From NCBI GenBank assembly GCA_046563655.1, contig CM102285.1:3224001-3288000 (forward strand): 64,000 nucleotides of DNA, read 5' to 3'. Source of the stretch: Yuukianura sp. NJ FZ-2021. Its lineage: Eukaryota. The position numbers were made by a program, and so were the translations under genes. Shown here one piece after another: positions 21,372-34,503 of this stretch (position 1 is the stretch's first letter; the number at the start of each line of letters is the position of its first letter). The notes under the pieces are model-generated. The model was not told the origin of the DNA and ran no database searches. It worked only from the letters and a program-made list of their open reading frames with translations.

Positions 21372-22603
21372 ATGAACACCAAATATCGACTAAGTTCGAC
21401 CGCAACCATTTTTACGGTTTTTGCATTTCTACAATTTAGTCAAGCAAAACTAAACTTTGGTGAAGTTCTGCTAAAATCTGGTATAATAAAATTATATTTT
21501 ATTTTCAAAAATCATTTGGACATTTCTTTTTAGCAAAGTGAGCATGCTTTTTAGTTTTCGAATTTTCAGACAATTTACGAGAGACGTTAGACCACAAAAA
21601 TGAACGAATGCATGGAGGTCGCTTCTATCCGACAGACGACAATAAACTGGCTAAAGTCAACAAAAATCAAAATGAATTGCATACTTTCATGGAAAGTTTT
21701 CAAAAAACAGAAAATCCAATGGTTAATGACGAAAATCAAGTGCCGATCATTTCAACTCAAATACAATCTGAATCAGAACAAGGTCAAAGTTTGTCTTTTG
21801 ACAATAGTCAAGCTGACGGGTCAATTCTCAGCGAAATTCAAGGGCAAAGCAATTCGCTATCAAGCAAAACTGCTTCAAATGGATCCAGCAGCATAAGAAT
21901 ACGCAGGGCAACTCTTTTGGCGCCCAAGGGAAGCTCGAAGACTGCTGGGAAAAAACTTGTTGGTGACGTTTCCAAAATTTCAAAAAAGGCAGCCACTAAA
22001 ACTTCTCAAAAAACTGGTCATAAGGGTCTGCCATCCGCTAAAAAGACACAAAAAGTCAGCTACGCAACTAATCCCAAAAAAATCAACATTGGAAAAATTA
22101 CTAAAAAGGAAAAACCGAAAAGTTTTTTCAAGGCTACCGTCATAGATCGAAAGATCAACCCACGTAAACAGCGACTCGAGTGTGTCACTTGCAGAATTGA
22201 AAAAGTTCCAAAAGAAGAAGCAACTGGAAGCAAAACCAACGCTAAAACGCGGTCATTTGCAAAAGCAATGGGACATTCTTCGGATCATGCAGGACATGTA
22301 ATTGCTGCACAAAATGGCGGCAGTGGCACGGACACCGGGAATATTATTCCGCTAGGCGCGAAAGCAAATTTGAGAATGCGGGATTTCGAAAGCAAGGCAA
22401 ACAGATTTGCTAGGACAGATGGAGTAGTTGTGCAGAAGATTATAGTTAAGTATAAGGGCGATTCCACTAGACCAAAGAGCGTAAAAAGTATAATTACGCG
22501 TGTACAAGGCAAAGGTGATCTTAAGAAGAAAACGTACAAAGATTCAATTAAAAACACGAAAATTATCCCAGGAAGAAGCAAGGGATCTGGTGATAAGACG
22601 TAA
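21372..22603 (+). CDS. Secreted DNA/RNA non-specific His-Me endonuclease (Endonuclease_NS_2-like), 2 exons (21372-21480, 21570-22603), ~380 aa
   Basis: Exon 1 MNTKYRLSSTATIFTVFAFLQFSQA (signal peptide-like) splices in phase 1 to the 331-aa ORF; motif DHAGHVIAAQNGGSG..TGNIIPL...N and C-terminal Y.GDSTRP. Confidence 0.7.
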
Positions 22604-24039
22604 ATATCTAACAGTGGAAACAATTTCCTCAAATAAACATTTTCGGAAAAAAACTAAACGACAATAATAAAAAAAAAATTTCCTTCGAAAATTGTTTTTT
22701 TTTTCTATTAAAGAAAGTGGAATTGCTGAGAAATGGTTGCAGCTTGCAGAAAGTGTTTTTGAAAGTGAAAGTTCAGGTATCTCTTTGAACTTTCGCCACG
22801 AGAGCTACGTGTGCGTTGTTGTTGTTTTCGTTTTACTGTTTTTAATTTCCTGTGAACATTCCAAGGTAAATAGAATACTAAAGAAGTCGGAAATTCATCT
22901 AACTTCTGGTAAATGGAATTAAAAATTCAGCGATATGGCTTTTTTTAATTGGCAAATTTAAAGTAGAAAGGGGAAATGTGGAAAAAACAAAAACGGTAAA
23001 AAAAAAATTGTTTGACTCAATATTTTTGGAAAAAATTTGAGTTATTGCCTAACCTAATGCTTATTTCCGTATTTTCGAATAAAACTCGATTAAATTCTTG
23101 GACTGCAATGTTTCGGTGAAATGGGGATCCTGTTTGGCTTGAACCATTTTTTTTTGTACTTGTCACTCTCACTGGTGAAACAGTGGAGCACTTTTAATTC
23201 AGTTACATTTGCACAGAACTAAAGTTATCTGTAACGAAACAAAGTCGTTGGGAAACGAGTTTTTTGAAGCAAGAAGCAATATGAAGGAATTATGGTTTCT
23301 GAGTTTAATTCTGATTTGTTTAGAATTAGCTTCACCTCGTCCTCACAGTCACAACCACAATGATGAGATGACTCATCCACAATTAGCATTTGCGAATTTT
23401 TTTTCTTTGGAACATGCATAGCCTTGCAGTTTGCTAGTTTGCAGTGATAAGAAGCAGGGAGAAGAGCTGATTTTTCAAAGCGTATTTATGACTGCTTCTG
23501 CACTAATTCTTGCGCAACTGTTGTTGACAAATTAAATTACACTTTAGTACAAAGTGTTAGAACTACTATTGCTATTAAACGTTTTTGCTTTACCACAAGA
23601 ACAGATTCGCACTTGGCAGTCGCAGTACACCATTTTTCTCATCTACTAATCCAGAAGCGATATGTTTACGTTTCTCGGTAAGTACGGAAATAGTACCTGT
23701 ACGGTGGTATAATTAGTATGGTTATGGTTATAAAGAGTATAAACGTTTACATGATTTGAAGAGAAAACAAAACAGCATTTGTTTTTCTGTAATTTCTATA
23801 ATATTGTGTATTTCGCAATGTACTAATTAAACTTGAACGTAACAAGAGAATATGTTTGTTTCTAGTTTAGTTGCCCAAAACAAGCGCAACGATACAAGTG
23901 TGCTCACTGTGGAGGATACACAGTATTCTTTTCCGGTAAACAAAAATAATCGACAATTGAGTACAAATATTTTAATTGATTGAAATTGACGACACAACTG
24001 CGTTACTCATTTTCAGTTCTCTGATATCATCCAGACGAA

Positions 24040-27000
24040 ATGTCGAAATCAACAAAGAGGGCTACCTCTGCCATGCGTGAAGTTGAACTGATGAAAGTGA
24101 ATTCCGGTGACAACCGTTGGGAGTTCCAACTTTCAAAGCTTCCGAAACTCCCAGCCAATGAACAGGATAGCGAAGGAGAGAGGATATGGGTCAAGTGCAT
24201 TAAAATTACTCATCAGTCGATTGTCTTTTCAATTGATAAGCAAGGCACCAACCGAATACTTGCATCGGAGTCAAATGAAAACTTTGTCCTTGTCTCTTTC
24301 GCGTCTTTCCGCTTTCCGGATTCACCACCGAAGGCCACAGCGGATTACATCGAACGATTCTTGCTCACTGGAATGTCGCTGAACAATCAGAAGTATATGT
24401 TCTACGGACACAGCAACAGTCAACTGAAGTCTCGTTCCTGCTACTTATACCGATTCAAGAACGGGCTGAATCTCGAGTTGGTTGGCAAAGAAGCTTTTAC
24501 GAAGTTAAACTCTTTCGGAGATTTTGCAAATTTCAGTTCCGTCGCCAAAAGGGCTAAACGTATCGGACTGCTGTTTTCCACTGCAGAATCCAGCATTATC
24601 CTCCAACCAGAGCGAACTAAGGACATTGAAGATATTGAACTCGATGGACACTGTTTCTCGGATGGGTGTGGCCATCTTAGCACTACTTTCGCAACGCATC
24701 TTGCAGTAACACGAAGGATCATTTTTCACGAGAATCGCTACATTCCCAGTGCTTTCCAGATTCGGTATCAAGGCTACAAGGGTATGCTCATGAGGAAACT
24801 CAACATGGACCCTGGGATTCACGCCGAATTTCGAAGTTCCATGAAAAAATTCAAGGGATGTGTAAACAATACTTTCTCGGTCTTGGACTACTCCAAGCCA
24901 TTCACATATGGATACCTCAACGGCGAACATGTGACCTTACTCTCTGCACTTGGGATTAGAAACGACATTTTTCTGAAGAAGCAGAAAGAATACTTCCAGT
25001 TTTTGAAAATGGCGCCACTCATTCCACAACTTGCTTTTCACTATCTCTGCTACAAAGGTCAAGCGGACGTTGCTGAGAAAATTCTTGTTGGAGGACTTAC
25101 TCGCGATCTGCAACAAAAAGTCAAAAAACTCGTCAAAGAAGAATGGGCGGGAAGTTTCAAGAAAAAGAATGACGGATCCGAAGAGGAGAAAGTTCGAATT
25201 TTGATTTTTGACTCGAGAATACTTTTCGGAGTTTGTGACTACACGGAAACGGCTCTTAAAGAGGTAACGTAGACTTTTTGTTCTTGGATTTTTTGAATTG
25301 AACTGAATTGACATGGTTATGAATTATGATCTGCTTTCAGGGTGAATGTCATGTCCGAATTATGACAGAAACAGGAGATTTTAAGACATTGGAAGGAGCA
25401 GAAGTCATCGTCACGCGAAATCCGTGCCTTCATCCCGGTGACATTCGAAAGTTTCGCGCCGTCAGACCGCTTCCCGTCGGAGATAAGGATGGGCCACTGG
25501 ACCACCTTAAAGATTGCATTGTTTTTCCAACTGTGGGGTCAAGGGATCCCGCCTCACTGATGAGCGGTGGTGACTTGGATGGTGACAAGTTCTTTGTCTG
25601 TTGGGATTCCGACTTGATTCCAAACAAACTCCAAGAACCCTATGGATATCCGCCTGCCAGAGAAACTATTCGACGTGGCATAACATACGAAGACACTATC
25701 AAATATTTTGCTCAATTCAACAACACTTCGCTTGGCAAAGTGAAGAATCTGTACCTGAGCTGGGCTCGTGTCCGTCCCAATGGAGCTGCATCAGCAGAAT
25801 GTCAGGAACTTAACAAACTGTTTTCCGGTTGCGTCGACGGGGAGCGTATCAAGATTCCAGATCATCTTCAGGATCCTCCACCTCCAGCGGCTAACTCCAG
25901 CCCATTCATTTTAGATGTCCTATGTGAAGAAGTCAAGAAAGCGGCAGTGAAAAATTTTGAACTGGATTTTGAAAACTTCGAGGCCACTTCGCGTGAGGTC
26001 ATGGAGAGCATTTTGTGCATGGCCGACCGGTTGAGTCTCATTGACGAATACGAGCTGTTCAACATCCTGATTCGGTGGGTGAGGCAAAACGTCCAGGACC
26101 GTCTGCCTGATTTGGAAGAATTTCTATTTTACTTTGACTTTGGATCTTTCACGGCTGTACAGAAGTTGCAAGTTCTTGAGTGTCTCAAAACGTTCAGCAC
26201 GGATCTCTACACAACCTACAACAATCATATCTGGAATGGTCTCAATTCCTCGAACCTTCTCCATGAAAAGCAATTACAAGCTACTAAACTTGACAACTCC
26301 AAACACCATTGGCAAAGACTCTACGCCTCAGAAATGGACAACGGCGCAAGACTGTACCGTTCGCTTGAACGTGCAATGGAATCCTTCCAGGAAAAATTTA
26401 TCGTCTTCTCGGTCGATTCAGAGCTTACCGTCGCTATGTACATTCCACAAAAAATTGAAAAGGGGGAAATAATTGATGTTGGCAGCGGCGCCGTCAAGTT
26501 ATTTGCGTTTGGTCCGCGATCGGGATATTTCAACAAGCAAATTACGACGCCGGGGTATCTCGTTTCCTACGACGGGGAAATTATCCAGCTATACGACAAA
26601 AGACGACCGAATTCCTTCATTTGGTTTGCTTTGAATCAAAAGTGGATGGTGCGCAATGGTATTCAAAATCAAGCTGACGGTCCAGAATACTTTAAAGTGT
26701 CAATTGCCTTGCAAAAGTTTGACAACACTTTGGCAAATCGTCATCATAAAGTCAAGAAACAGCCAGGAGCGGAAATTGAAATCTATGTCATCAGTAAGCG
26801 AGAACGAGTTGGGTATCAGATACTGGACATCAACGATAGACAAGTAGATACGACCGAGATTTTGCGCAATTTGGAGAATACGCCAAGAGATTACGCCCTA
26901 CGGACCGACGCTCAAACAAAACTCGTTTTTGAATTTTCACCTTTAATGAAACGGATTCTCGTCAATGAAGATTACGAGACATTGCGAGAGTTGAGTCCAA

Positions 27001-29791
27001 ATCAATTGCAAGATGTTGTGGAGCAATGTATCCAACTCGGAAATCAAGACAAATTCTGTAACCTATTGAAACAACCGAAAATTTTCCAAAACGTCCCATT
27101 TGTATCAATTCTTCGTGGCCTATATACCTTCACTGGAGCGGCGACCTTGATTGTTCCAGCACTGGTAGCCAATGAATTTACTTTTCTGCAAGGAAGTCTC
27201 ATAGACATTGAACATTCCTTTGTGTTTTTGAAAATGCTGATCATCTCCTGCAACGATTATAAAGATGGGGCCTTGCTTCAAGTGGAACGATTCCTGTTCT
27301 GGATGGAGTTGCATGGAATTGAAATCGATTTGACCAACTTAATTGATTTGATCAAGAGGGTCATATTTACCGTGAGACATGTCAACATTGCACAAGAATT
27401 GATTCAAGTCATTTTGAACCAACCGAAAATCTTAAAAGAGGAAACCGCTGAAGTGGTTGCCTATGTTAGAAATTTTTTGTTGGCGATTTCCATGAATTAC
27501 TTGGGCGAAGTGGCTGTGAATTGTCCGTGCGACCACCGTGGGCTTCCGGCTGGTGCCGAGGATTGGCAACGCATTATGCAAACGAGCGAGGGAAAAGAAA
27601 ACAGGTCAAATGTTGAATTTAACATTTGAGTATTTGATCAACTTAATTTCAGTTCTAAAGTTTAACAATTAATTTGCTCGTTTAATTTTAGTTTTGCCAA
27701 TATCGCTACAACGCGCCTTCCTCGGAGCCAAATCACTTACACGTTGAGCGACTTCATCGAAAACTCGAGAAAGTTTTTGAATCAAAACGCTTTAGAACTG
27801 AACTCGAACGCTGTGGCACCTAAGCCGCATCAAATCTGCTTAGATTTTAAGCCAACTTCTGACGGCCTCTACGAAACAATGCTAAGAAGCGATACGAGAA
27901 GTACTCTTCGGAACGAAGATCACATTCGACTTGCAGCTACCAAACGTGCTCTTGATTCTCCTTGTCAAAAAATCACTGTCGTCGATGCAGTTATCCAATC
28001 CATTCAAGGACGGAAAATGACTTGCTACATACTACAACCAGAGCCAGCGGAACTTGTTACGGCAAATTGGAACCTTTACTATTGTTCCAGTACGACGAAT
28101 ATGATCAACCAACTTTCAGCGCTCCATAAATTGATTCACAGAAATGTTCAGGGAACAATTGGATATCACGATATTTTGGAGTTGAATGATACACATCCAA
28201 TGCCACGAATGTCGCCCGATTTGGAATCGCTTCCAGTGCGGAACGGTGTAAGCTTGGAGGTCCACTTGAACGCAAGTCAAGCTGCTGCTGTGCAGTCTTC
28301 TCTGGTGAAACCGGTTAGCTTGATTTGGGGCCCTCCAGGTAAGTTATCCTAATTTTATCAAACTATGTCAACTTGTTGCAGTAGTCCGTCGATGGACGGA
28401 CGGACAGGCGGACAAGGTGAATGTATAAAGTAGCTTTCGCTACTTAATTGAAACAAAATATTTAACCTGGTTACAGGAACTGGAAAAACGACTGTGGTTG
28501 TGGAAATCATTCGACAATTTCTTGCGAGGCATCCTGCCCTTCGCATCCTTGTGACCGGATCAACGCATAACGCAGTGGACAACGTTTTGGAAAAGTTTCT
28601 CAAAATTCGAGAAAAAACGGGCGACAAAGAATCTGAGGATGTTGTGCGCTTAGCATCTGATTTAGGTTAGAATCTCTGTTAGATTTTGGTTTTATCGTTG
28701 AAGAATACAGTGATGATTTTTTTTCAGGTCGAGTTAACAACAAACTTAAAAAGTGGACGCTGGATGCCTTCGTTGGAGCAAATTTACTTGCAGATGACAA
28801 AGCCAAGAAAGCAGCTCTCAAAAAGTTGCAATCAGCAAGGATCGTATTTGCAACTTGCGATGGCGCTGGAGTTGGACTTCTCCATGAATACCCTTCCGAC
28901 ACTGGTCCATTACACGTTGGTCTTCAAATGTCAAAGTCAAAACAGAAGAACGCAAAAAGAACTGAAAAATTTGATGTCGTCATTGTAGATGAAGCCTCCC
29001 AGCTCACTGAAGCTTCTACGCTTGTCCCCCTTGTTAAATCTTCGAGAAGAGTCATCTTAGTCGGAGACCATGTCCAGCTTTGCCCCAGCGTCACAGAGCT
29101 CGGAAAAGAACACAAGTTTAACGTTTCTTTGTTCGAGAAGCTTTACCGATCTGACACTACGCAAGCCGGAAAAGTTATGCTGAACGAACAGTACCGAATG
29201 CACCCGATGCTGTCCGCTTTTCCCTCTGCCAGATTCTACAACGGAGAGTTGAAAGATGGCGTGATTGCTACAGATCGTTTCATTCGTCCCTCAGCATTTC
29301 CTTGGCCAATCGCAGAAGATGAAACCAGAATTCCGCTTGTTTTTATCCATTGCGCTGGAATGGAATCTCGTTTCACGGTTTCACCAAAGAATGACAGTCA
29401 AATCAAAATGGTTGAAAAAGTAGTGAAGCTTCTGCAAACAATCCCGCCTTCAGATTCAAAAACGGAAGGGGCTAAAACTGGATTTGAACCAATGAAAATT
29501 GCCGTACTGACACCGTATAAGAGCCAGAAAGAAGAAATTTCGAAACTCGTTAAAACGGCAGAAGTCAACACTATTGATGGATTTCAAGGTCGTGAGGCCG
29601 AAATTATCGTCTTCAGTACCGTTCGAGCTAATTGGAATCAAAATTTGGGTTTTTTTGAAGATCCCCAGCGCGTGAATGTGGCACTGACTAGAGCAAGTCA
29701 CGGTCTCATAATTATAGGACACGAACCAACGTTAAAAGGAGGTGATATTTGTAAGGCAATGCTTGACGCTTGTGTCAAAGTGGAAGTTTAA
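24040..29791 (+). CDS. Cellular (RNAi-type) RNA-dependent RNA polymerase fused to a C-terminal Upf1/DNA2-NAM7-like SF1 helicase; exons 24040-25263, 25341-27604, 27692-28338, 28477-28665, 28728-29791; ~1795 aa
   Basis: RdRP motifs FSDGCG, QIRYQGYKG, VTRNPCLHPGDIR, MSGGDLDGDKFFVCWD. Helicase motifs LNASQ, GPPG/TGKT (split by intron), STHNAVDNV, IVDEASQ, LVGDHVQL, QYRMHP, TPYKSQ, TIDGFQGRE, RVNVALTRA. All four GT-AG introns keep frame (5388 nt). Confidence 0.9.
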
Positions 29792-30846
29792 TTTTGTATT
29801 TTGTTGTGACTTTTTTTACAAATTGATTTCGCTTGGTCAAATCAAGCTAATAGACGAACTTACCGTTACATGAGATGTCTCGATGCTTTCCAGTGTTCTT
29901 AAAATAATTAATTCGGAAGTACAGTTTGTTGGAATACACAAATAAATGTACATTACCCTGAACTAATTACTAAACTGTAAGAATCAAGATTAACGTTTTA
30001 ATTAACAATAATTAACAGCGTCTATTTATTACGGTTAAGCTGAATACGTCTAAACCATTGATGAGGACTATAACTTCCGGGTCGCGGATATAATCTGCCT
30101 TACCAGTGTATTAGGAACACCATTAATCTATGTATTATATTTTTTTTATAATAACTTTAAATTTGCATTGCATATGGCAGGGCATAGTATACCTACTTAT
30201 GGCATTAATTATCTCATTAATTCTTTTTTCTTTCACCGTCCCACTCCGTTCCGTACATTAGTTACGTAACCGTGTTACTATAAGTTAGTTTGCTAACGGG
30301 AATAACTAGGGTGTGACATATGAGGGGAGAAAACCCGCAATATTCCTCGACAGATTTACATCTGGATTTCCTGATGTGTGAAATTTCACACATCTCAAAA
30401 TACAAAAACACAACAGGAATTCAGATGTGTGAAATTAAACACATCTCAAATTACAAAAACACAACAGCAATTCAGATGTGTGAAATTAAACACATCTCAA
30501 ATTACAAAAACACAACAGCAATTCAGATGTGTGAAATTAAACACATCTCAAATTACAAAAACACAACAGGAATTCTGATGTGTGAAATTTGAGACGTGCG
30601 AAACCAAAATCGCAACAGAAATCCTAACGTCTCGATTTGAGATGTAATCTCCCTTCATATGTTTTTTCAGATGTGTGAAATTGAGGCGTCTCGATTCCTC
30701 ATGCCTCAATTCCTGTTGTGTTTTTGTGCACAGTTGGTTGAAGTCACCAAAGGGTGCACCCGGTGTAACCATACGGAATATTCTACACCCATACCAATCC
30801 AATGTGTTACAACTCAATACGACACAATAACTTAACTATACAACTA

Positions 30847-30990
30847 CCGTAGGGTCATTTGCTAACAAGAAAAACTGGGGTCTGACTATTCCACTGACAC
30901 GTGTTTTTTCTCATTGAGCCAAAGGAGAAAAAACACGTGTCAGTGGAATAGTCAGACCTCAGTTTTTCTTGTTAGCAAATGACCCTACGG
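30847..30990. mobile_element. 144-bp near-perfect hairpin MITE sharing TIRs with the 8748-10046 element
   Basis: CCGTAGGGTCATTTGCTAACAAGAAAAAC termini, TA flanks. Confidence 0.85.
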
Positions 30991-31161
30991 TAGTTATTTT
31001 ATATTATATTAATTAGAAAGAATTAATTAAATACAATCAATTAATTATTATACCAATTGAATTGTATCAAATGGAATTGCGTCAACTGTGTCAACGGCTA
31101 ATTGTCTCAGCATTTGAAAAGCTTAGGTTTAGGTTTTGTTGGCTTTTTTGATTATGATTTG

Positions 31162-31317
31162 CAGACCTGCCAAAAATATTAATTTCTCATGCCTGTAATG
31201 CTAACCAAATCAATATTTCGGGGATTTTTGTCACGAAATATTTTTTTTTCTTCATGCCCTTAATGTTAAGTTCGTAAATATTTCACTGATTTTTAGTAAA
31301 TATTTTTGGCAGCCCTG
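31162..31317. mobile_element. Possible hAT-like MITE
   Basis: CAGACCTGCCAAAAATATT / AATATTTTTGGCAGCCCTG inverted ends; TSD only partly matching. Confidence 0.4.
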
Positions 31318-32781
31318 ATGATAACGTTCGTTATTTCAATAGCCGGTGATACAGGTGACGCACACGCAATTCTAATTGGCACAGCTCGGTTGATACATTT
31401 CAATTGATATAATAATTAATTGTAATTAATTCATTATTTATTAATGTAATTAATATAATTAGTATAATATAAAATATATAATATAAAATATAATATAGTT
31501 GACTTGTGTCGTATTGAGTTGTAAGTAACACATTGGATTGGTATGGGCGTAGAATATACCGTATGGTTACGCCGGATGCACCCTTGGTTTACTTCAACCG
31601 ACTTTGCACAAAAACACAACACGATTCAGACATGAGAAATCGAGACGTCTCGATTTGACACATCAGAAAAAAACATATGAGGGGAAATACATCTCAAATC
31701 GAGACGTTAGGATTTCTGTTGCGATTTTGGTTTCGCACGTCTCAAATTTCACACATCAGAATTCCTGTTGTGTTTTTGTAATTTGAGATGTGTTTAATTT
31801 CACACATCTGGATTTCAGTTGTGTTTTTGTATTTCCAGATGTGTGAAATTTCACACATCAGGAAATCCAGATGTAAATCTGTCGAGGAATATTGCGGGTT
31901 TTCTCCCCTCATAGTGACAATTCCATTGACACGTGTTTTTCTCCTTTACTAACTCAATGAGAAAGAACACGTTTCAGGGGAATAGTCAGACCCTAGTTAT
32001 TCCTACCGTGCAGTACACGGTAACATCCAATTCCTATTACTATTATTGACATGTGTTCGTCATCGTCAGTATCGTGAAGGTTGCATACACCATTGTGAAT
32101 ATAAAATTGATTGACAGACAACGCATTGTCAATTTTACGTTAACAAATTCATTAATAAGCCATTTCCCATTAGCAGTTTGATTAAAGAGTTTTTAGTTGT
32201 GGATTGTGGTTTGTCCGGCTCCGGCTCCGGGTATTCAGTTTTCCAATCCAGTTGCAAAAACTCAACACCAGAATCAGGCTGTCACCTTAACTGTCTAACT
32301 GACTGACCGAAGTTCTGGAACGGTCGTTGAAGTCGAAGGCCAAACTCATCTGGGTTGCTGGATCGTGACGATTTGTCAGTTCAGCTAACCTAACGGTAAG
32401 AATTGATACAAGGAAACCACCATCACCATCTCGTTCTTGACATTGCCGTTGTACCGTAGTTCGTAGTAGAGGTGGTTGGTTGTGTCCTCTTTCCTATCCT
32501 ATTTACTTTTACAAGATGAACAAGAGCAAGGCTTTTGTGTTCGTCGTTCATGTCATTTTTTCTTGGTTTTAGGTAGCGCGGTTAGCGTGAGAGGAATCTA
32601 TCGGGGTACTCAATTTTAATACTTGGACACAATGAACAGAAAATATCTGTACGCGTAAGTGTAAGCCACTTCGAAATTCTGTGCTGGCTCGGGGCGTAAA
32701 GGCAGATTAAGGCCTGTCTTGCAATCCTTGGGCCTACGGGGCGCCGGCGGTTTTAACATTTGGGACGTCGATGAATGCGAA

Positions 32782-34503
32782 ATGAAAATAAACTTATCCC
32801 AGGCTATTCGGACTAGAACCCAAACTGCCCCCATCCGATTTGGAAACTCTACATTGAGATTTGAAATGAAATACATCATTTTACTCGGCCTAATCGTCAC
32901 TCTGGCACTTTTGTATGTCTTTCTCCCGACGTGGTCCAGAAGTGGTACGTTTTGTTAAAAATATTATTTTGAATTTCGAATGAGTATTATTCGAATTGTA
33001 ATTAACGAATTCTTTTCAATTTAGAACCAGATTCACCAATACACCGTGCACCGTCCAGTGTCGTAGGAAAACGAGGGTCACTGTTATGGGGACTGAAACA
33101 GGATTCGAATTATCCTAGAACGCAACCTATCCAAACGGAAAAGGGGCTGAAGTATCGATTTGGCATCATCGCTGACTTAGACACCGAGTCAAAAACAACC
33201 ACTGGGAAGTGGATATCGTACTTGAGAAGGGGCAATGTGTTCGTTCAGTTTAATTCAGCAGAGCCGCATTTATCTAAGGTAAGGGGTTGAAGAGTTGATA
33301 TTTTAAATCATAAACAGTAGCCTAACATGATTCTGAGATTCAGCGTGCATCTCTGTATTGTTTAGGTATCAGTTGAATGGGATAGTGGAGAGCCACAGAT
33401 TCTCAAGTCTGGACTGAACGAAGACGGACGTGGGATGGAGCTGTCGGAACTATTTGCATTTGATAACAGAATTTTAACATGTGACGATCGGACTGGAGTA
33501 GTGTATACCTTGAATTTGGATTCTGACGATTCTGTTGATATGGAGCCTGTTCCATGGCTGATTTTGGCCGATGGAAATGGCACAGTGCCTAAGGGTAAGT
33601 GTAAATAAACTAAAATCTTTAGTCGATAGGTTCAACACAATAACCACCTTAATTAACTTACTATGTGACTAGTACTAAATTAAAGTTTCGATAATTTCAA
33701 ACGTGTTAAACAGGATTCAAATGTGAATGGGGTTGTGTGAAGGACGGGCAGCTATGGATTGGAGGTCTTGGAAAGGAATGGACAACATCTTCAGGAGAAT
33801 TGATCAATCATAATCCGCAATTTGTGAAAAGAGTTTCCTCTGGCGGAATGGTGACACATTGGGATTGGAAAATTAACTACAATGCTCTTGCTCATGCACT
33901 TGGAATACACTTTCCAGGTAAATCAATTAATTTTAATTAATCGTCATTTTACAGCGCATAAATTATGCCTAACATATTATGTTGATCATTTTCTGCTTTT
34001 ATCATCATGTCAGGTTATGTGATACACGAATCCGGTGGTTGGAGCGACATCCTTCATAAATGGATGTTCCTACCTCGACGAGCAAGTAAAGACCAATACC
34101 ACGATAAGACTGATGAGAAAATGGGAACCAACGTCATCCTGGTAGCAGACGAAGATTTTAAAAACATCGAGGTACGTTTTTAAATTAAACAAAGCAATTA
34201 TACGTTCCGTTACTTTCGCTGCGAAAGTTTCGCAGTATCAAATCGATGAGAACAAGGCTATCACGACTCATCTAAATTCATTTGGCTTAGGTCCGCTACG
34301 TTGGCGAAGTAATCCCTACGCATGGGTTTTCCAGTTTCAAATGGATTCCTGGAACGGAAGACAAACTAGTTATTGCGCTCAAGTCGGAAGAAATTGATGG
34401 GAAGACAGCAACATATCTGATGATATTTACCATTGATGGACAGATACTGTTACCAGAAACAAAGGTAGGAGACCATAAATACGAAGGAATCGAGTTCCTT
34501 TGA
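32782..34503 (+). CDS. CANT1: Soluble calcium-activated nucleotidase 1 (Cimex-type apyrase), 6 exons
   Basis: N-terminal TM anchor; [79 protein letters not shown]. Confidence 0.92.

Larger units (their letters stand above)
30319..31913. mobile_element. Second IS3EU-like non-autonomous transposon with ~400-500-bp inverted arms
   Basis: TIR TATGAGGGGAGAAAACCCGC / GCGGGTTTTCTCCCCTCATA; 6-bp TSD GTGACA at 30313-30318 and 31914-31919; 51-bp tandem repeats in the arms. Confidence 0.8.
30299..32003. mobile_element. Short hairpin MITE interrupted by the insertion at 30319-31913
   Basis: GGAATAACTAGGGTGTGACA on the left; remainder TTCCATTGACACGTGTTTTTCTCC...AATAGTCAGACCCTAGTTATTCC on the right; interior resembles the MITE at 30847-30990. 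Confidence 0.55.

Noticed and set aside
23281-23421. Short ORF with signal-peptide-like start (MKELWFLSLILICLELASP)
   Set aside because: Stops after ~46 aa with no convincing splice continuation or domain
30370-30590. 51-bp repeats that superficially resemble a CRISPR array and give repetitive ORFs
   Set aside because: Contiguous tandem units with no unique spacers, mirrored in the opposite transposon arm; eukaryotic context, no cas genes
19632-31913. One composite transposon carrying the nuclease and RdRP-helicase between outer TATGAGGGGAGA ends
   Set aside because: Each element has its own matching TSD (GGTAAG versus GTGACA) and the outer flanks do not match each other
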